Positions 26,490 through 30,457 of a stretch of DNA of 30,457 bases are shown piece after piece. The stretch is from a virus (lineage: Duplodnaviria > Caudoviricetes), in the IMG/VR virus record IMGVR_UViG_3300005611_000142, positions 1 through 30,457 of that record, one strand, 5' to 3'. The translations under genes were made by a program, and so were the position numbers. The notes under the pieces were generated by a model that saw only the letters and a list, made by a program, of their open reading frames with translations, searched no databases and was not told the DNA's origin. Within the stretch, counting starts at the first letter, position 1, and each line of letters begins with the position of its first letter.

Positions 26490-26834
26490 ATGATTATTTG
26501 TCTTTATGCAGATTGTTCAGTCATACGGAACCTGTTTAAGGTTCCGTATAAAAAAGACTTTATGCGAGTTGCACAGCCTAAACGGAAGTAGGTATTTTTC
26601 TGTTATGTGTTACTGGACTCTGCTCTTTTCCAACCTACAGCGACTCATCTTGCGATGCCTAAACCTCGTTCCAAATTGTTTAGGTGTTTGTAACAACAGT
26701 TTTTCGTATGTTAGCATTCATACTCAGTAAATCCAAATCTATTGCTTTCAGTTTTTCTTTACTGTTTAGGAGTGCATACTCATCATATGCCCTTGTCTCC
26801 AGCGGAATTATATCTGGCCCGCTAACCTTATGTG
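26490..26834 (-). ncRNA. Candidate large multi-helix non-coding RNA
   Basis: No credible ORF; at least six helices including long-range and pseudoknot-like pairings (see findings); boundaries approximate. Confidence 0.55.
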
Positions 26835-27044
26835 CTAATTGAATATGCCTTTGAGTTTTTTATAGGTGTTACCTGAATACTTACGCCCTTTTTGTTTGCC
26901 TTTTGTATTTGGATCAACATTAGTAACCCATTTTGTAAGTTTTTCAATCTGGTAATAATTTAGGGAGCCTAAGTCTCTTGTGCCGTAATATTTTTCAGCC
27001 AAGTCATAGAATTTTGCGTTAAATCTTTGTTTATAATTTGCCAT
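26835..27044 (-). CDS. Small basic hypothetical protein
   Basis: 69 aa, Lys-rich, 18 nt downstream of CTAAATA; directly upstream of the ncRNA candidate. Confidence 0.62.
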   Translation of the reverse strand: MANYKQRFNAKFYDLAEKYYGTRDLGSLNYYQIEKLTKWVTNVDPNTKGKQKGRKYSGNTYKKLKGIFN

Positions 27045-27061
27045 CGTTTTGCCTTATACAC

Positions 27062-27084
27062 TTATTTAGTCATAACCTAAATAA
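27062..27084. promoter_or_regulatory. Back-to-back CTAAATAA boxes (minus 27062-27069, plus 27077-27084)
   Basis: TTATTTAG-tcataac-CTAAATAA inverted pair. Confidence 0.58.
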
Positions 27085-27105
27085 AGTATAGCAAAAGTGG
27101 CTATT

Positions 27106-27333
27106 TTAGTCAATATTTGATTTAACCAAAGCAGTGGTCTTGCCACAATCCATGCAGGAACGTCGTGCGATGGTATCTCTTAGGCTGCCTCTTTGGCTTT
27201 CAGGACGATGGTTTGGGTTTGGATAAAAGCGTAGATTGAAATCCGTGCTTCCACAAAATTGGCAGGTATCAAATTGGAACATCTGCCTCTTGCTAAGGGT
27301 ATAGGTGTCCGGATTTACCTTTAGATAGGGCAT
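27106..27333 (-). CDS. Small zinc-ribbon protein
   Basis: CQFC...CMDC; start reassigned to ATG 27333 (TAATG coupling). Confidence 0.62.
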   Translation of the reverse strand: MPYLKVNPDTYTLSKRQMFQFDTCQFCGSTDFNLRFYPNPNHRPESQRGSLRDTIARRSCMDCGKTTALVKSNID

Positions 27334-27521
27334 TACAGCATCATGCTCAGTGCTACGATAACGCCAAGCAATTGCATGAATACAACACCAACCGCCCAAC
27401 CAAAATAACGCTTGATATCGTCAATGTCCTCTTGCATGTGTGCCAGATGATTGTTGATGATTAAATCAACCTTTTGCTCCACCAAAGCAATTCTTGTTTC
27501 TATTTCGTTGATATCGCCCAT
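27333..27521 (-). CDS. Coiled-coil plus C-terminal TM protein (XhlA/holin-like)
   Basis: IETRIALVEQKVD..NNHLAHMQEDI then a hydrophobic tail; start ATG 27521 (TAATG coupling). Confidence 0.6.
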   Translation of the reverse strand: MGDINEIETRIALVEQKVDLIINNHLAHMQEDIDDIKRYFGWAVGVVFMQLLGVIVALSMML

Positions 27522-27952
27522 TATAATACCGTTCCAAGTTGGACTGCACGCCAATCCGCACCATCATATACCGCAATACAGCCAACACCAGCACTGTCAT
27601 CTCCGCCATCCGAACAGTAGGCAACGTCACCCGCAGCCTTGTCCGTTCTTGCGTTTAACTGTGCGGTAGTTTGTGGTGAAAGATTGAGTATTTCCTCAAG
27701 GGCAACCTTGCCCGTTGATGGATCCAATGTTAAATTGGTTGCTGAAGTAGTGTTTAATTCGTCGGGCATGTAGGTTGCCGCAATCTTTGAACTTGCATTT
27801 AGCGGAACCACTCCATTGGCAGTGCCTCTTCCGTCAATTACCAGCACCAATTCGTCAAGTGCTGCCTTTAGATCCGCCCTTGCTGCCGCAGGTGAATCCG
27901 TGCCGCTATCAAGATTGGTTGTAATAATATTTGAACTATTTGCCCAAGCCAT
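27521..27952 (-). CDS. Fibre-like protein, MAW-family paralog 3
   Basis: Shared N-terminal domain; C-terminal GDVAYCSDG..CIAVYDGADW (Mtd-like fibre repeat); RBS AAAGGAG. Confidence 0.65.
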   Translation of the reverse strand: MAWANSSNIITTNLDSGTDSPAAARADLKAALDELVLVIDGRGTANGVVPLNASSKIAATYMPDELNTTSATNLTLDPSTGKVALEEILNLSPQTTAQLNARTDKAAGDVAYCSDGGDDSAGVGCIAVYDGADWRAVQLGTVL

Positions 27953-27968
27953 TTGCTACTCCTTTGTT

Positions 27969-27976
27969 ATATTTAT
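27969..27976 (-). promoter_or_regulatory. T4-late-like promoter box ATAAATAT
   Basis: Intergenic, 17 nt upstream of ATG 27952. Confidence 0.58.
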
Positions 27977-27992
27977 TGGATTTAGCCATATC

Positions 27993-28448
27993 CTAATGTA
28001 AATCCACCCAAGTGCCGTTCGCACGGCCCTGAAATTTATTGGTTGTTGTGTTATAAATGATCATGCCATCCTGTATGCTTGGTATAGCATCTCTCTGTGT
28101 CGTTGTTCTGTTATACACTGTCATGGCTGAATTCACAAAAACATTTATGGCACCAAGTGAAATTGTGCCATCACTATTAAGTGTTAATGATGGACTTGAA
28201 CTTCCTGATGTGCGCCCATATAATTCTAATGCCTTTGAGGATTGTGTTGTGTTTGCAATAATCTGCACGGGATCACTATCCTCCTGTCCAACCTGTATCA
28301 AATCCTCACCAAATCCTGATGGCCCCACATCAATCATATCATTGACGTAACCAGCCATCTTGTATAATTCCGCGCGGCTTTCTGAAATTTTATCAGTGTC
28401 TTGATCTAATTTTGTGGTGTCTATATCACCCGTGTTTGGCCATGCCAT
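27993..28448 (-). CDS. Fibre-like protein, MAW-family paralog 2
   Basis: Shared N-terminal domain; C-terminal TTTQRDAI..GMIIYNTTTNKFQG..NGTWVDL fibre motif. Confidence 0.68.
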   Translation of the reverse strand: MAWPNTGDIDTTKLDQDTDKISESRAELYKMAGYVNDMIDVGPSGFGEDLIQVGQEDSDPVQIIANTTQSSKALELYGRTSGSSSPSLTLNSDGTISLGAINVFVNSAMTVYNRTTTQRDAIPSIQDGMIIYNTTTNKFQGRANGTWVDLH

Positions 28449-28450
28449 AT

Positions 28451-29242
28451 CTAACTCCTTATGTTACCAGTAACATCAACTATTGCGTTTGGTAAACCCT
28501 GAACCATGGCATCAAATGTGCAATCTATTGGCGCATTCTTTCCATACGTATCAAAATTGTATATGTTGAGCGTTATTGGAGATGTTGTTTTGTTTATGTA
28601 TATGATGGGCTTGACCGTTATGCCTTCTTCTACATATATTTCACCAGCACTATCATCACTTGCCACATAATCATTGCTAACATAAAGTGCTTGGCCCGGA
28701 GTATGTGGTGTTACGGTTAGTGAGGTAACCGTGATTGGATCCTCAACCGTTAATTCTCTTGCGCCCACGCTACCACCAAGTGTTGATGAATCTATGCTAT
28801 CAAATGTGGCAGTAATCTTTTCATTGGATAGTGATGTTACTATGTTGGAAATAACGGGCCTTTCACTCACTCCCGCACTGTCAAGATAACCAACGCTAAA
28901 ACTAAAACGAAAATAGCGTGCCTTGATTGCGTTTACGCTGTCACCGGGCGTGTATGTTACGGAACTTTCACTATCTATTGCTCCGCCCGTTGAATCAACG
29001 GTATTTCCATAATAGATGGTAACCTGCGTAACCTGTCCAGTGGTAGTTACTTCCGTTAATGGTAAAAATTGATCTATCTTTTCACCATCAACAATGCCAG
29101 TATCAAATGTTAAGGGAAGGTCGGGCGTTCCATTCCAGGATGTAAAATTATCCCAAGTGTAACCAACGCTATCACCATAGTCAGCCCAAGTTTCCGTGCT
29201 GTATGGTTGTAATAATCCTTCCTTGTAAAATCCTGCTGGCAT
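28451..29242 (-). CDS. Tail-tip-associated structural protein
   Basis: Directly downstream of the tip gene; acidic, beta-rich, KARYFRF motif; four DSxG motifs. Confidence 0.65.
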   Translation of the reverse strand: MPAGFYKEGLLQPYSTETWADYGDSVGYTWDNFTSWNGTPDLPLTFDTGIVDGEKIDQFLPLTEVTTTGQVTQVTIYYGNTVDSTGGAIDSESSVTYTPGDSVNAIKARYFRFSFSVGYLDSAGVSERPVISNIVTSLSNEKITATFDSIDSSTLGGSVGARELTVEDPITVTSLTVTPHTPGQALYVSNDYVASDDSAGEIYVEEGITVKPIIYINKTTSPITLNIYNFDTYGKNAPIDCTFDAMVQGLPNAIVDVTGNIRS

Positions 29243-29243
29243 C

Positions 29244-30455
29244 TTATGTTCCTAAACTATGTGTTGTTACGACAGCACCATCTGATTTAAAGGTGCTACC
29301 CGTGCCCGTAACTGTTTGCAAATACAATGATTTTAAATTCTGTTGATAATAATTTAGCATTGCTTCGATGTTATTTCCAGTCACATTCTTCTGTAGATCA
29401 TAATCATAAAATGTATATGAATCTGGTAAATTTGAACCATCCAATAGTTCAATGCCTGCATTGCCACCATTAAAATAATTTTTTACCCAACGAAATCTAA
29501 TATTTTTTGCCGTTGCACTTCTATTATACGTATCAATACGAATGTAGGATGAATCAGGATAATTTATATCAAGATTTCTTACGGTAATAAATGGTAAAAC
29601 GTCATCGCCATACGTGTATTCTAATTTATAGTGTGCGATGCTGGCATCCTGTGGTCTATTCAAGATTAGATACATTCTCATTCCACCAAACTTCCACATA
29701 TTTTTGGTATCAACCCAAACATATGGTTTGTTTGCAATGCTAACGAATCCTTGTAGTATTTGATTTCCGCTACCATAAGGATATTCATACGAGGGTGCCG
29801 AACTATACACCCAATCCTGTCCAACTTCGCTATTGGTTAGATTGGCAACTGAAAAGATTCCTGAATCCGATGATACTGATAGATATGATTTTAATCCTGT
29901 GGGAGTTTCCCAATAGAATACATTTGGCAGTGTTCCATCAGCATATCTCTTTGACGTGTAATTTTCAATTCTTGAAGGATTGAATTCACATGCTGGTGGA
30001 ACATCTCCTTGTGATTGTAGATATTCAAATGTGTTAAATTTTGTAACCACGGTTGGATTAGTATCTGGCTCATCGGCCAATGGATTTGATTCATTGATGG
30101 CATCCGTTGCGGTTGCTCCAGCACTGTCAGTTATTGGAATGCCAGCACTGTCAACTATGTCAATGCCATTTACGGGTTCATCTGGATTGTTTGGTGGAAA
30201 CACGCTTAATGGATTAAGTGGTGTATTCTTTAATCTTGGATTTACGCTTAATTCCTGTGGCAAATAAACCTGTGGAGGAATTTCAATTTGTCCAACTCCA
30301 CCCGTTGCTGGATACAGTGTGGCATCATGCTCAACCGCATCAATTGATAGAGTAAGATCATTGTTTAGTTTAAGTGTAACAATTCTAAATGTGTCATTGC
30401 TTAAATTAAGCACGGTATCAGTAATTCTTATGATATCACCAACTTCAACATTCAT
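29244..30455 (-). CDS. Tail tip protein, C-terminal part (same gene as 1..1431)
   Basis: Begins MNVEVGDIIRITD, identical to the frame at 75..1; VEVGDII and AVEHD..LY motifs of gpJ-like proteins. Confidence 0.85.
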   Translation of the reverse strand: MNVEVGDIIRITDTVLNLSNDTFRIVTLKLNNDLTLSIDAVEHDATLYPATGGVGQIEIPPQVYLPQELSVNPRLKNTPLNPLSVFPPNNPDEPVNGIDIVDSAGIPITDSAGATATDAINESNPLADEPDTNPTVVTKFNTFEYLQSQGDVPPACEFNPSRIENYTSKRYADGTLPNVFYWETPTGLKSYLSVSSDSGIFSVANLTNSEVGQDWVYSSAPSYEYPYGSGNQILQGFVSIANKPYVWVDTKNMWKFGGMRMYLILNRPQDASIAHYKLEYTYGDDVLPFITVRNLDINYPDSSYIRIDTYNRSATAKNIRFRWVKNYFNGGNAGIELLDGSNLPDSYTFYDYDLQKNVTGNNIEAMLNYYQQNLKSLYLQTVTGTGSTFKSDGAVVTTHSLGT

Positions 30456-30457
30456 TA
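30381..30457. repeat. Terminal direct repeat (circular assembly overlap), right copy
   Basis: Identical to 1-77. Confidence 0.95.

Noticed and set aside
26506-26730. 74-aa plus-strand ORF in the non-coding block
   Set aside because: No RBS or promoter and no protein-like features; the region is better explained by RNA structure.
7546-27554. Longest-ORF start positions given in the track for 7546, 20674, 21284, 22144, 24799, 27106 and 27333
   Set aside because: Extensions overlap promoters, structured leaders or upstream genes; downstream starts have an SD, stop-start coupling or promoter spacing support.
2602-30152. CCAGCACT(A/G)TC as a dispersed DNA repeat or protein-binding site
   Set aside because: Always in the same reading frame, and synonymous variants (Ser TCA versus AGY) occur, so it is a peptide motif.
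29244-30455. 403-aa ORF as a stand-alone gene, and 1..1431 as non-coding or a pseudogene
   Set aside because: They are one gene split by the linearisation point; the frame is continuous.
30381-30457. 77-bp terminal repeat as a biological direct terminal repeat or att site
   Set aside because: The length equals a standard assembler k-mer and it falls in the middle of the tail-tip ORF; it indicates circular assembly only.
1-30457. tRNA genes, introns/inteins or an alternative genetic code
   Set aside because: No cloverleaf with T-loop consensus seen; TerL, portal and capsid are uninterrupted and normal in size; TAA, TAG and TGA all end genes with tight packing under code 11.

Overview
The window is an apparently complete, circularly assembled ~30.38 kb tailed-phage genome. 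Bases 1-77 are identical to 30381-30457, and one tail-tip ORF reads through that junction. It encodes a full siphovirus-type morphogenesis set: TerS, TerL, portal, scaffold, major capsid, adaptor, tail terminator, tail tube, frameshifted tail chaperones, tape measure, Dit/hub/tip and several fibre proteins. It also carries three glycosyltransferase-like genes, two SAM methyltransferases, three HNH/His-Me-like nucleases and a few small orphan genes. I recognise no DNA polymerase, primase, helicase, Rep, integrase, repressor, sigma factor or endolysin. Four signals stand out. (1) Most of the larger intergenic gaps on the coding strand carry a T4-late-promoter-like TAAATA/TATAAATA box although no gp55-like sigma is encoded, suggesting a virion-complete phage that borrows late transcription, replication and lysis from a T4-like helper. 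(2) A D-S-[A/T/S/V]-G tetrapeptide occurs 16 times in 10 known or likely virion proteins and never in enzymes or internal proteins, a candidate sequon for virion glycosylation. (3) A ~350-480 nt multi-helix non-coding RNA candidate lies at 26.35-26.83 kb. (4) A back-to-back sigma70 promoter pair with G-rich, non-coding, repeat-containing transcripts at 23.6-24.06 kb may be the replication origin. All family assignments come from motif recognition by eye; no searches were run.
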